64,000 bases of DNA from positions 17,128 through 81,127 of the forward strand of contig PUNJ01000020.1 in NCBI GenBank assembly GCA_003551705.1, given 5' to 3'. The DNA comes from Chloroflexota bacterium. GTDB taxonomy: Bacteria > Chloroflexota > Dehalococcoidia > UBA2247 > RBG-13-53-26. A model generated the notes under the pieces. It worked only from the letters and a program-made list of their open reading frames with translations. It searched no databases and was not told the origin of the DNA. The first letter of the stretch is position 1. The number at the start of each line of letters is the position of its first letter. The position numbers and the translations under genes were made by a program. Below are positions 10,674 to 19,416 of this stretch, piece by piece.

Positions 10674-11996
10674 CTAGCTGTTCTTCGCCTTGTAAGCCTC
10701 CAGCGTCTCTATGAACGCGTCTACCTTATCATGCGTAGCCGCCTGGTTATAATTGCGCACGTCGATTATGTCGCCCTCCAGCAACAGTACCGGCTTATCA
10801 CTGTACTTCTTGAATATGTTGATTTGGTGCAACTGCCCAGTATGGATAGTCCGGCACGTCATCGCCTGGTGAAATACCACCCCGTCCAGCTTATACTCGT
10901 CGATCATGTCCAGGAACCATTCCACGTTTGTATCTCCCGATCGTTTCCTGGCCTTTTCGTGCCCGCGCGTCATGGAGTCATAGAACCTCCAGGCCATGCG
11001 TTCTATTGGATTGGTGACATTTGCAGGTATGTCCACGGGCGGCGGGGGATGGTAAACGACCTCTATGGGAAAGACCGCACCCTGGCTTTCAAAGTAGTTG
11101 AATATGACCAAGGCATACCAGGGCGGCAGGCTCAGAGCCCAGAGGAGCCTGTATTTCTCGTCCGGGATGGTACCAATCTTGTTGTCCACCCTGTGTTTGA
11201 TCTCATCGTAAAGCTCTCTGTAGAAATCATAGGCCAGTTGGGTGCCCATCATGAAGTAACCAGGCACCATGGCGTTCAGTGCGTCCTCCGTAGGCATGGG
11301 CGCAGGGACTGCCTTACGAAGTTCATAGATATCGTGCCAGACCTTGATAGTCTTTTCGCTCAAGTCAACTACCTCCGCCAGGCGGTCCATATTCAAGCGC
11401 CGTCCCGTATGCCTTTCAAGGAAGTCCACCAGTTCATATAGTTCCTGTACGATATACCTGATATAGTAGTTCCTGACATCCTTGATATCGACGTGGGTAT
11501 AATAAGCCGGCGGGTTCAAAAGTCCCAGTACGTGCACCGGCGCATCCGTGTACCGGCGCGTCGCCTGGTACCACTTGTACCTCGGATCGCAGATCATCAT
11601 TCCGGTACCCAGCATCACGGTCGGCTGCTCCATGCCGCCATCTGGAGCATTGGGCGGCATCCCCCCCAATTCCCGCCTGGTAGCATCGAAGCCCAACCCG
11701 CAAGTGGCATAGGTGCATAGATGTCGCTGGTAGCCCTCAGACTCCGCCTTGGCCAGGTATTGTTCCGCCGACATCTTGGCAGCGCATAGTCCCGCATAAT
11801 TCTCGGTTCCCACGGTCGTGATGTCCATGGCCCTGAGAATATCGTCATAACAACTTGATATGAAGAGGTACGCTATGGGGTCGCCGGCGGCACGCGCTTC
11901 ATGGGCACGCTGCGCCAGGTCTTTTATCATCATGCGAACCCGCTTCGAAGTTTCCGTGGATTTCTCTGCCGTTGTTTTCTCTCTCGGTCCTTCCAC
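10674..11996 (-). CDS. 2-hydroxyacyl-CoA dehydratase / benzoyl-CoA-reductase-type subunit (HgdB/HadC/FldC family)
   Basis: 440 aa, GTG start preceded by AAAGGAGG. Sequence pattern of the 2-hydroxyglutaryl-CoA dehydratase D-component family. Paralogue of the 55539..56846 gene. Confidence 0.75.
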   Translation of the reverse strand: MEGPREKTTAEKSTETSKRVRMMIKDLAQRAHEARAAGDPIAYLFISSCYDDILRAMDITTVGTENYAGLCAAKMSAEQYLAKAESEGYQRHLCTYATCGLGFDATRRELGGMPPNAPDGGMEQPTVMLGTGMMICDPRYKWYQATRRYTDAPVHVLGLLNPPAYYTHVDIKDVRNYYIRYIVQELYELVDFLERHTGRRLNMDRLAEVVDLSEKTIKVWHDIYELRKAVPAPMPTEDALNAMVPGYFMMGTQLAYDFYRELYDEIKHRVDNKIGTIPDEKYRLLWALSLPPWYALVIFNYFESQGAVFPIEVVYHPPPPVDIPANVTNPIERMAWRFYDSMTRGHEKARKRSGDTNVEWFLDMIDEYKLDGVVFHQAMTCRTIHTGQLHQINIFKKYSDKPVLLLEGDIIDVRNYNQAATHDKVDAFIETLEAYKAKNS

Positions 11997-12006
11997 AATG
12001 CCTCCT

Positions 12007-13152
12007 TTAGCCGACCATTTCCAGGAAAGCCTCTACTCGCGTTCGCAATCTCTCGAGACTGCTGACGGGATACTCTTCCTCGACAAACATTACCGGCAGC
12101 TTCTGGGATTCCAGGTACTCCCGGATGTCGGGGACATCGAAGGCGTGAGTATCACAATACAGCACGGAGTAGTAAATAATCCCATTCACTTCAAATTCGC
12201 GCGCCAAGCTTGCAATGTGACCGAACCTGACCTCCAAATCGTCTTGATGGCTGCGCTGGTCATACCTGAAGGTCCGCGGGCAGTGCACATCGTTAAGATA
12301 GGACCTCGCCAGGCTGGCCAACGGATCTTCACCATTCCCTACCTCAAACCAGAAGGGCTTCGTACCAAAACAGAGGTCATCAATCACCACCCTGGCTCCA
12401 CTTCCCTCCAGCATGGAAATGAACGTTGTATCTTCATTCCCGGTACCGCAAAGCATTATCCGCGGCACCTTGCCATCAGCACTCCGGGGTAGCGCGGCTA
12501 TCTCGCTTTCGAAAGCTTCCAGCAGAGCATTGCCTTCTTCCACCGGCAGGCTCATCACCGACATCAGCAATCTGGTCATATCCGACCCGGAAACAGGCGG
12601 CGGGTCCTGCTTGCGATACCCATATATCTTCTGCACAAGACGCCGCTGCTTGTTATGTGCGTCTATAGCCTGTCGCAGCTTCTCCGCACCGATCTCTTGC
12701 CCGGTGTACAGCTCCAAACTGGCCTTGAAGGTCCGCAGCTCTTCGATGAAGAATTCCATGGATGGTCGAGATGTTGTGTGCGGCACGTTGACGAAGTGGC
12801 AGTATTTGTGCGGAATGTTATGCAACCAGAGTTCATATAGCTTCACAATATTGTCGCAGGCATGAGGAACCACATAACCGTCGAGAAAAGAGTAGGCACC
12901 GGATAATCCTACATCCAGAGCACTCCTTGTAAAAGGACAGGCGATCGTCTCCAGATAGCTGTGGGCTTCTCTAATAGGCTCGCTCATGCTGCCAGCCAGG
13001 CGAAAAGGCACCAGGCCGGCTGCAGTTATTATTTCCACAGGGGTCAGGGAGCAGAAATAGCCAACGCCGCCCCTGCCGGCGGCACTTAGTTCCCGAACCC
13101 TCTTGCCCCTGTCTTGGTAGATGTCCGCGACCATAGAGGCATCGAATTTCAT
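12007..13152 (-). CDS. 2-hydroxyacyl-CoA dehydratase subunit (HgdA/HadB/FldB family)
   Basis: 381 aa, GGGGAG SD. HGD-D family pattern with conserved Cys. Its stop overlaps the SD of the downstream partner gene. Paralogue of the 54386..55534 gene. Confidence 0.75.
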   Translation of the reverse strand: MKFDASMVADIYQDRGKRVRELSAAGRGGVGYFCSLTPVEIITAAGLVPFRLAGSMSEPIREAHSYLETIACPFTRSALDVGLSGAYSFLDGYVVPHACDNIVKLYELWLHNIPHKYCHFVNVPHTTSRPSMEFFIEELRTFKASLELYTGQEIGAEKLRQAIDAHNKQRRLVQKIYGYRKQDPPPVSGSDMTRLLMSVMSLPVEEGNALLEAFESEIAALPRSADGKVPRIMLCGTGNEDTTFISMLEGSGARVVIDDLCFGTKPFWFEVGNGEDPLASLARSYLNDVHCPRTFRYDQRSHQDDLEVRFGHIASLAREFEVNGIIYYSVLYCDTHAFDVPDIREYLESQKLPVMFVEEEYPVSSLERLRTRVEAFLEMVG

Positions 13153-13198
13153 ATGGTTGTCTCCCCTTCAGTATTTGGGCGGCCCAGGCAAGGATTGC

Positions 13199-14413
13199 CT
13201 AGATTACAGCGGCGTCCTTGAACCTGATAACGTCGTCCCAGGTGTAGTCCAGGAGTTCTGTAAGAATCTCCTCTGTATGTTGACCAAATTCGGGCGCCTC
13301 CCGCCTTATGGTAAAGGGTGTCTGGCTCAGGCTAACCGGAAAACCCACGGTCTTGGTCGGCCCGAAGACGGGATGGTCAAACACCGTGACGTAGTCATTG
13401 GCAAGCACCTGGGGATCATTGACCAGGTCCAGGGTCGTGTTCACGGGGGCGAAGATGATGCCGTTCTCCTTGAAAGCCGCGATCCATTCATCACGCTCCC
13501 GCATTCCAAAGCGCTCATCAAGCAAAGCGATCAGTTCCTGGCAATTCTTCATCCGGTTCTCCATGCTGTCGAATCTGGGATCCTTTTCCAGCTCTTCCTG
13601 GCCTATGGCCTTGCAAAACAGGGGCCAGAACTTGTCCGGCGAAAGATGGGCCAGTGCAATCCACTTGTCATCCTTGCACTTGTAATGATTCCAGAGGGGG
13701 TTGCCGGCACTCTTCCTCGCAATCCGCATACCCCAGAGATTGGCCATGGTACAGAAGACAACGGGATGCCCCTGCAAAAAAGTCATACCGCCGAGGATGG
13801 AGGCATCCACCTTCTGCCCTACCCCATGTTTCTCCCTGGCAAGCAGAGCTGCAAGCACGCCCATGGCAGTCATAACAGCCCCGGTCTGGTCGGCTATACC
13901 GCCTTGTATCGATACCGGGTCCATTCCTGGCTCCCCCGCCACGGTCATGAGTCCTGACCTGGCCAGTCCTGTGTAGTCCGCCGACGGGTCTTCCTTATCC
14001 GGCCCGTTGGATCCCCAACCGGATGCATGCGCATACACAAGTCTGGGATTGTGCTTCTTCAATGTCCCATAGTCCATGCCCATGCGCTCCGCCACACCCA
14101 TGCGAAAGTTCTGGATGAAAACATCGGACTTTGCTACCAACCGGTACAAGATCTCCTTGCCCTCGTCGGTTCGCAGATCGACGGTCAGGCTCCTTTTGTT
14201 GCGGTTTCCTGCTTCAAAATAGGGATTCCTGACAACCTCCTTGCCCCCTACCATGGCCCCAGCCACACGCATCATACCTCTTCCCAGATCACCGCCGGTT
14301 CGCTCTTCGATCTTGATCACATCGGCGCCCATGTCTCCGAGAAGCATACTGGCCACAGGTCCCTGCTGGAAGATAGTCCAGTCCAGGACCCGCACACCGT
14401 CAAGTACCATCAT
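13199..14413 (-). CDS. family III CoA-transferase (CaiB/BaiF/FldA-type)
   Basis: 404 aa. N-terminal LDGVRVLDWT...GP...LGDMGADVIKIE signature of family III CoA transferases. GGAGG SD. First gene of the operon with the two dehydratase subunits. Confidence 0.85.
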   Translation of the reverse strand: MMVLDGVRVLDWTIFQQGPVASMLLGDMGADVIKIEERTGGDLGRGMMRVAGAMVGGKEVVRNPYFEAGNRNKRSLTVDLRTDEGKEILYRLVAKSDVFIQNFRMGVAERMGMDYGTLKKHNPRLVYAHASGWGSNGPDKEDPSADYTGLARSGLMTVAGEPGMDPVSIQGGIADQTGAVMTAMGVLAALLAREKHGVGQKVDASILGGMTFLQGHPVVFCTMANLWGMRIARKSAGNPLWNHYKCKDDKWIALAHLSPDKFWPLFCKAIGQEELEKDPRFDSMENRMKNCQELIALLDERFGMRERDEWIAAFKENGIIFAPVNTTLDLVNDPQVLANDYVTVFDHPVFGPTKTVGFPVSLSQTPFTIRREAPEFGQHTEEILTELLDYTWDDVIRFKDAAVI

Positions 14414-14627
14414 GGTACACCTCCTGTATTATTGCCCTGCACTCGAAGGCCCGCTTCGCACACGAAGCTGCCTGAATTATAGTTTCCACCTGAATGGGGC
14501 GTCAATTTACGGTCTGGCACGACATATAATAACGAAGTTCGCAAGATACCGGGACAAGAAACCTTGACATGTCGAATACGTACAAAATACCATTGGGCAT
14601 CATTTTGGCAGCTAAAGGAGGTAAACC

Positions 14628-15920
14628 ATGAAGCGACCGCTAAGCGCAGAGCAACTAGCCGCTCTTTACGATGAATCTAAGGAAAAGCTTCCGAAAAGCG
14701 AAAGAGCCAGGTGGCTCGATGATCGGTTAGCGGCCCAGGTCTCATTTGCCTACGAAAAAGCTCCGGCTGTTAAAGCCAAGTTCGACAAGGCTGGCGTCGC
14801 CCCATCCGATATCAAGACCGTTAAAGACCTTGAAAAACTGCCCGTAACTACCAAGGACGAACTGGTGAAGCTGCAGGCCCAGGACCCTCCCCTTGGCGGC
14901 TTTCTAGCGGTCCCCCTGAACAGCCTGTCAAGGGTATATGTTTCACCTGGACCCATCTATGATGCCTGGGGCGACGAAAGGGTCATGGCTGCGGTAAGAG
15001 GTATGGTCAGGTCCGGATGGCCAAAGCCAGGCGACGTCTGCCTTGTGGCCAACATGTACCACATGGTTCCTGCCGGTCTCTTCATAACCGATGTTCTAGA
15101 CATGATCGGGTGTACCGTCGTACCCGCCGGAATAGGCCAGACAGAGCTGCAAGTGAAACTGCTCAAGGACTTGCAGGTGTCCGCCATCTTCAGCTTCCCC
15201 AGCTTCGTAATGACCATTCTCCAGAAAGCAGAAGAGATGGGATATGACGTCAAGAAAGACTTCAATATCAAGTACGTAACCGGCGGCGGTGAGAGACATA
15301 TACAGGTGCTGCGCAAAGTCTTTGAAGAAAAGTACGGCCTCATCGTCGGTGACGGCTACGGGACCGCCGACTTGGGCACTGTTGCCTACGATTGCGGCCG
15401 GGGCGAGGGCTATCATTACGACGACAACGAATGTGTTGTTGAAATAGTCGATCCGGATACAGGCAAGCAGGTCGAACCCATGGAAGTCGGCGAGGTTGTA
15501 GTTACGCTGCTCAGCAATGTTTACCCACTAGTCCGGTTCGGGACCGGCGACCTGGCTTCCTATGTCGACGAAACATGTGCCTGCGGAAGAAGTTCCCCTC
15601 GCATCACCAAGATCCTGGGCATGGTCGGTGAACACGTTCGTGTCAAAGGCATGTTCGTTCACCTTCGAGAACTTGACGAGGCCATGTCCAAATTCCAGAA
15701 CATATCCAAGTACCAGTTGGTCCTCAAGCTTGAGGGGCACAAGGACCAGGTACAACTCAATGTTGAGGCCGACGACGTTCCGGACAAGAACCAGTTTGCA
15801 GAACAGATCAGTGCCCGTTGCCAGGATGTCTTCAAGCTGCGTATGGACGACGTCCAGTTTCTGCCTAAGGGCACACTCCCGGAAGACTACAAAAAGTTCG
15901 TCGATACCCGTTGGGGTTAA
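14628..15920 (+). CDS. phenylacetate-CoA ligase (PaaK)/F390-synthetase-like protein with degenerate P-loop
   Basis: 430 aa, AAGGAGG SD. Clear PaaK-family collinearity (FDKAGV..KDLEKLPVTTKDEL). The canonical SSGTTGKPK phosphate loop is replaced by SPGPIYDAW and GRSDD by GMVGE. Confidence 0.7.
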   Translation: MKRPLSAEQLAALYDESKEKLPKSERARWLDDRLAAQVSFAYEKAPAVKAKFDKAGVAPSDIKTVKDLEKLPVTTKDELVKLQAQDPPLGGFLAVPLNSLSRVYVSPGPIYDAWGDERVMAAVRGMVRSGWPKPGDVCLVANMYHMVPAGLFITDVLDMIGCTVVPAGIGQTELQVKLLKDLQVSAIFSFPSFVMTILQKAEEMGYDVKKDFNIKYVTGGGERHIQVLRKVFEEKYGLIVGDGYGTADLGTVAYDCGRGEGYHYDDNECVVEIVDPDTGKQVEPMEVGEVVVTLLSNVYPLVRFGTGDLASYVDETCACGRSSPRITKILGMVGEHVRVKGMFVHLRELDEAMSKFQNISKYQLVLKLEGHKDQVQLNVEADDVPDKNQFAEQISARCQDVFKLRMDDVQFLPKGTLPEDYKKFVDTRWG

Positions 15921-16070
15921 CGGTTCTTCCCAATCTGGGACAGACGCTCCTCCAGTTCTTGCTGGAGGAGCTTCATTATTTTGGGTCAGAGCCTAGCCGC
16001 CAGCGGTCAGGACCATGCGTCTCAAAACCCAAAGGAGAAACAGCCCAAATAGTCCGGGTCCCTGCCAGAT

Positions 16071-16100
16071 TTGACACTCAGGTACGAGCCTTTCTATACT
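16071..16100 (+). promoter_or_regulatory. sigma70-like promoter (TTGACA-18-TATACT) within a conserved AGATTTGACACTC element
   Basis: Consensus -35 and near-consensus -10 about 165 nt upstream of the DUF35 gene. The 13-nt element is identical to one at 24731..24743. Confidence 0.4.
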
Positions 16101-16263
16101 ATACTTGCATAATCGTTGCACAGAAAGGCGTAATCTCCGCTGCGCCGAAAAGGGATCTGGCCTGAATAGGGTTCCACTTGGATCGCTGTTAAGGAGGTAT
16201 TTGAATGGTTCAACCAGCGCCAGCCTCACCAAAGCTCAGGACTAGAAAGGGGACCTAAGCATC

Positions 16264-16686
16264 ATGTGGGAGAGGGAAAAAATAACACAGCCGGCACCAG
16301 CCTCACCGTTGTTCTGGAGACTCAATGCTGATGTTTACCAACTCTTGGGCGCCAAGTGCCCTGACTGCAACCACATAACGTATCCTCGTCGCAAGATCTG
16401 TCCTTCTTGTGGTAGTTTCAAAGTTGAAGACTACCAGTTATCAAAGTCAGGTACTGTACATACTTTCTGCATTAACTGGACCCCGCCTCCCGGTCTGGAA
16501 CCACCCATCGTCAACGTGATTGTTGACCTCGACGGTGGCGGACGGTACCAGGGTCTGCTAACAGAGGTCGCCAACCCTGAAGAAGTCCAGATCGGCACCA
16601 GGGTTCAAATGGTCCTGCGCAAGGTAATGAAAGACCGGGGCCTCGACATCTACGGCTACAAGTTCAGACTGGAGAAGGAGGGCTAG
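16264..16686 (+). CDS. DUF35 OB-fold/zinc-ribbon protein (thiolase/HMGCS complex scaffold type)
   Basis: 140 aa. CPDC...CPSCGS rubredoxin-like zinc ribbon followed by an OB-fold region. Immediately upstream of a thiolase gene. Confidence 0.75.
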   Translation: MWEREKITQPAPASPLFWRLNADVYQLLGAKCPDCNHITYPRRKICPSCGSFKVEDYQLSKSGTVHTFCINWTPPPGLEPPIVNVIVDLDGGGRYQGLLTEVANPEEVQIGTRVQMVLRKVMKDRGLDIYGYKFRLEKEG

Positions 16687-16688
16687 CG

Positions 16689-17891
16689 ATGAGTATAAGA
16701 GGCAATGTTGCCGTAATCGGCGTAGGCATGATCCCCTTCGGGGAACTCTTTGAAAAGAGCTTCAATGACATGGCCCAGGAAGCTTTCATGAACTGCGTTA
16801 ATAACGTGGACAAGGGCTTTGATCCAAAGGATATCAAGGCAGCCTGGTTTGGACAGTGGAGCGGCGGCGGCATGATCGGCCAGGGAGTTCTGGCGGGCAC
16901 ATCCCTAGCCACTATACTGGGATTGCGCGATATCCCGATAACGAGAATCGAAAACGGTTGTCCCACCGGTAATGATACGTTTCGCAACGCGGTCATCGGT
17001 GTGGCGTCCGGCGCATATGATGTTTGTCTAGCCTTCGGTGCCGAGAAAATGAGGGACAAGCCGGGTGTCGAGTCGCTTGTAGCTGCCGGGGGCGGCGGCG
17101 GCGGCATACTCGGCCTGCATCCGTCCTGGATGCTCGGCATGGGCGGTCCCGTCTTACAGGCACTGTATGCTACCCGCCAGATGCACGAGTTGGGTTACAC
17201 TATGGAAGACTACGCCCGCGTGGCAGTCAAGAACCATCACAACGGTGTTGCCTGTCCGTATGCGGAATACCGGTTTGAAGTATCCATAGAGCGGGTATTG
17301 AATAGTCCTGTGGTATGCTGGCCTCTCCACTTGCTGGACTGCTGTCCGCAGACAGATGGAGCAGCCTGTGCCATTGTTTGCCGGGCCGATCTGGCCAAGA
17401 AGTACACTGACAAACCAGTGTATGTACTTGGCACCGCTACAGGCGTAGACTATCAGGACATGTGGGACAAACATAGTTTCATAGAGATGCTCCCTACCAT
17501 CAAGGCAGCCAAAGCCGCCTTGACCATGGCCGGCATCGCACCGAACGATATTGACCTGGCCGAGGTACACGACTGTTTCACCAACACCGAATTGATGAAC
17601 ATAGAAGATATCGGCTTCTGTAAGAAGGGTGAAGCGGCAGCGCTTCTCAAGGAGGGCTACTGGAACCGCGATGGCGCAAAGCCGATCAACCCCAGCGGAG
17701 GACTGAAGGCACACGGCCATCCGATCGCTGCCACCGGCCTGGGACAGATTTGTGAGAACTTCTGGCAGTTGCGGGAAGAAGTGGGCCAAGAAAGACAGGT
17801 CAAGCTGAAGAATGGTATCGCCCTCAGCCACAATGTGGGTGGCGGCGGCTTCGGCGTTTCCGCGATCAACATTCTTGGTCGTGAGCCCTAA
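16689..17891 (+). CDS. SCP2/archaeal-type thiolase (acetyl-CoA acetyltransferase family)
   Basis: 400 aa. Candidate nucleophile Cys in RIENGCPTGN. C-terminal GHPIAATG and NVGGGG thiolase signatures. GGAGG SD. Confidence 0.8.
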   Translation: MSIRGNVAVIGVGMIPFGELFEKSFNDMAQEAFMNCVNNVDKGFDPKDIKAAWFGQWSGGGMIGQGVLAGTSLATILGLRDIPITRIENGCPTGNDTFRNAVIGVASGAYDVCLAFGAEKMRDKPGVESLVAAGGGGGGILGLHPSWMLGMGGPVLQALYATRQMHELGYTMEDYARVAVKNHHNGVACPYAEYRFEVSIERVLNSPVVCWPLHLLDCCPQTDGAACAIVCRADLAKKYTDKPVYVLGTATGVDYQDMWDKHSFIEMLPTIKAAKAALTMAGIAPNDIDLAEVHDCFTNTELMNIEDIGFCKKGEAAALLKEGYWNRDGAKPINPSGGLKAHGHPIAATGLGQICENFWQLREEVGQERQVKLKNGIALSHNVGGGGFGVSAINILGREP

Positions 17892-17907
17892 TCAAGGTAA
17901 GGAGGCA

Positions 17908-18933
17908 ATGATGGCAGGAATAGTAGGTTACGGGGTATACGTTCCGCAATACAGGCTGAAACAGGCCGACGCCGCCATGCCCTGGGGTGGTTTTGGAATG
18001 GGTGAGAAAGCAGTGTGCGGCTGGGACGAGGACATAGTCAGCATGGCCGCTGAGGCTATGGAGAATGCCGTCAAGAGCGCGGGGATCAAGGCAAACACCA
18101 TCGATGCGCTCTTCCTAGGCACAGCCTCCACACCATATCTTGAGCAACATCTGTCGCCGATCCTTGCCCAGACACTGGGCATGGCGCCTCAGGTACAGTT
18201 GCTGGACTTCACAGGGTCGCTCAATTCGGTATCCAACGCCATGACCTCCTGTCTGGATGCTCTGGCAGCAAAGCGGATCAAGACTGGATTGGTCGTGGGC
18301 ACGGAAAACCGGGCAGCCGGCCCCGGCTCTGAAGGCGAAGTGAATTTCGGCGCAGCAGCCGCCGCCTTCGTAATCGGGAACTCTGATTCCGCTGCCGAAA
18401 TCGAAGGCTTTTCCACCTATCAAACAATGTTCTATGACAGATGGCGCGCTACCAAGGATTCCTGGGTATCCAATTGGTTCGATTACAGGTTTGCGCGTGA
18501 ATATGGCTACCAGAAACATGTCAGTGAGGCAACCGGAGATCTCATGACCAAGCTGGAGAAGAAACCTGACGATTTCACCAATGCAATTTTCTATCAAGCC
18601 GATGGTAGAATACCCGCCTTGGTGGCAAAGCACATTGGCATCAAAGCCGACAAGGTATTTCCTGACCTCACCCCTGCACTGGGTGATCTCGGCAGTGTTT
18701 CGGCTTACGTTTGCCTATCGGGTCTATTGGAGAACTCACAGGCCGGCCAGAGAATACTGCTGGGTACTTACGGTGCCGGCAGCGCCACGGCCTTCAGCAT
18801 ACTGGTAGGCGACAAGATCGAAGCGAAGAAGGGTCGCGCCAAGAACCTGCAGCAGTACGTTGAAAAGAAGTTATATGTCGACTACCCGGCGTACCTCAGG
18901 ATGATGGGAACCCTTTCAAGAGTCCCCTACTAG
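17908..18933 (+). CDS. HMG-CoA-synthase-like protein (partner of DUF35/thiolase)
   Basis: N-terminus AGIVGYGVYVPQYRL matches the archaeal HMGCS N-terminus. Start set at ATG with AAGGAGG SD (M33 of the listed ORF). Hairpin terminator downstream. Confidence 0.7.
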   Translation: MMAGIVGYGVYVPQYRLKQADAAMPWGGFGMGEKAVCGWDEDIVSMAAEAMENAVKSAGIKANTIDALFLGTASTPYLEQHLSPILAQTLGMAPQVQLLDFTGSLNSVSNAMTSCLDALAAKRIKTGLVVGTENRAAGPGSEGEVNFGAAAAAFVIGNSDSAAEIEGFSTYQTMFYDRWRATKDSWVSNWFDYRFAREYGYQKHVSEATGDLMTKLEKKPDDFTNAIFYQADGRIPALVAKHIGIKADKVFPDLTPALGDLGSVSAYVCLSGLLENSQAGQRILLGTYGAGSATAFSILVGDKIEAKKGRAKNLQQYVEKKLYVDYPAYLRMMGTLSRVPY

Positions 18934-18955
18934 AACCGAGTTAGATAAGGTATGA

Positions 18956-18986
18956 CCCCCGGCGATACATCGCCGGGGGTTTTCTT
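18956..18986 (+). terminator. rho-independent terminator (CCCCCGGCGAT-ACA-ATCGCCGGGGG + TTTTCTT)
   Basis: 11-bp GC-rich stem, 3-nt loop, T-tract; 22 nt after the HMGCS-like stop. Confidence 0.6.
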
Positions 18987-19416
18987 ATTATGCGGCCGGC
19001 GGATTTCGAGCCCGGTGAAACCCGGCCTTAGGCCCGGACACTGCTCCAAAGATCAGGTTGCTGCCCGCTAACTTCGCGCCTGGTCCATATTGACAAGCGT
19101 GCCTGCAACTCTTAGAATGTCTCCATGGTTAACTGGCAAGTGACGGCAACCACTAAAGAGTGCGACGAAGTGGGCGATTTTGCCACCATAATGGTCTACC
19201 CCGACCAAACGGCACAATGCGCCTTCTTCAACAAGCACAGCAGGACAATACGAGGTCAGAAGAGGATCAAGAACTGTAAGTGGCCCAATTGCAGCCTGGT
19301 GGCGGAATTCAAAGAATACGCATTCACCATCTAGGCTAGTAGGCCTCAGCGAAGGCCCAGGACGCTTCCGGTTCCCGTACTACTGGACTAACCATCCGGA
19401 AGTTTGGAGACGTTTC

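Noticed and set aside
13121-13957. 278-aa + strand ORF antisense to the CoA-transferase gene
   Set aside because: Completely contained within a gene with strong family signatures on the other strand; no SD.
18990-19060. tRNA-like fragment (GGATTTCGAGCCCGG resembling a T-arm)
   Set aside because: No acceptor or anticodon stems can be folded around it; just short GC-rich hairpins downstream of a terminator.
19125-19334. 69-aa ORF in the intergenic region between the HMGCS-like gene and meaB
   Set aside because: No SD, no motif, region more likely a promoter/UTR; kept only as a very weak possibility.
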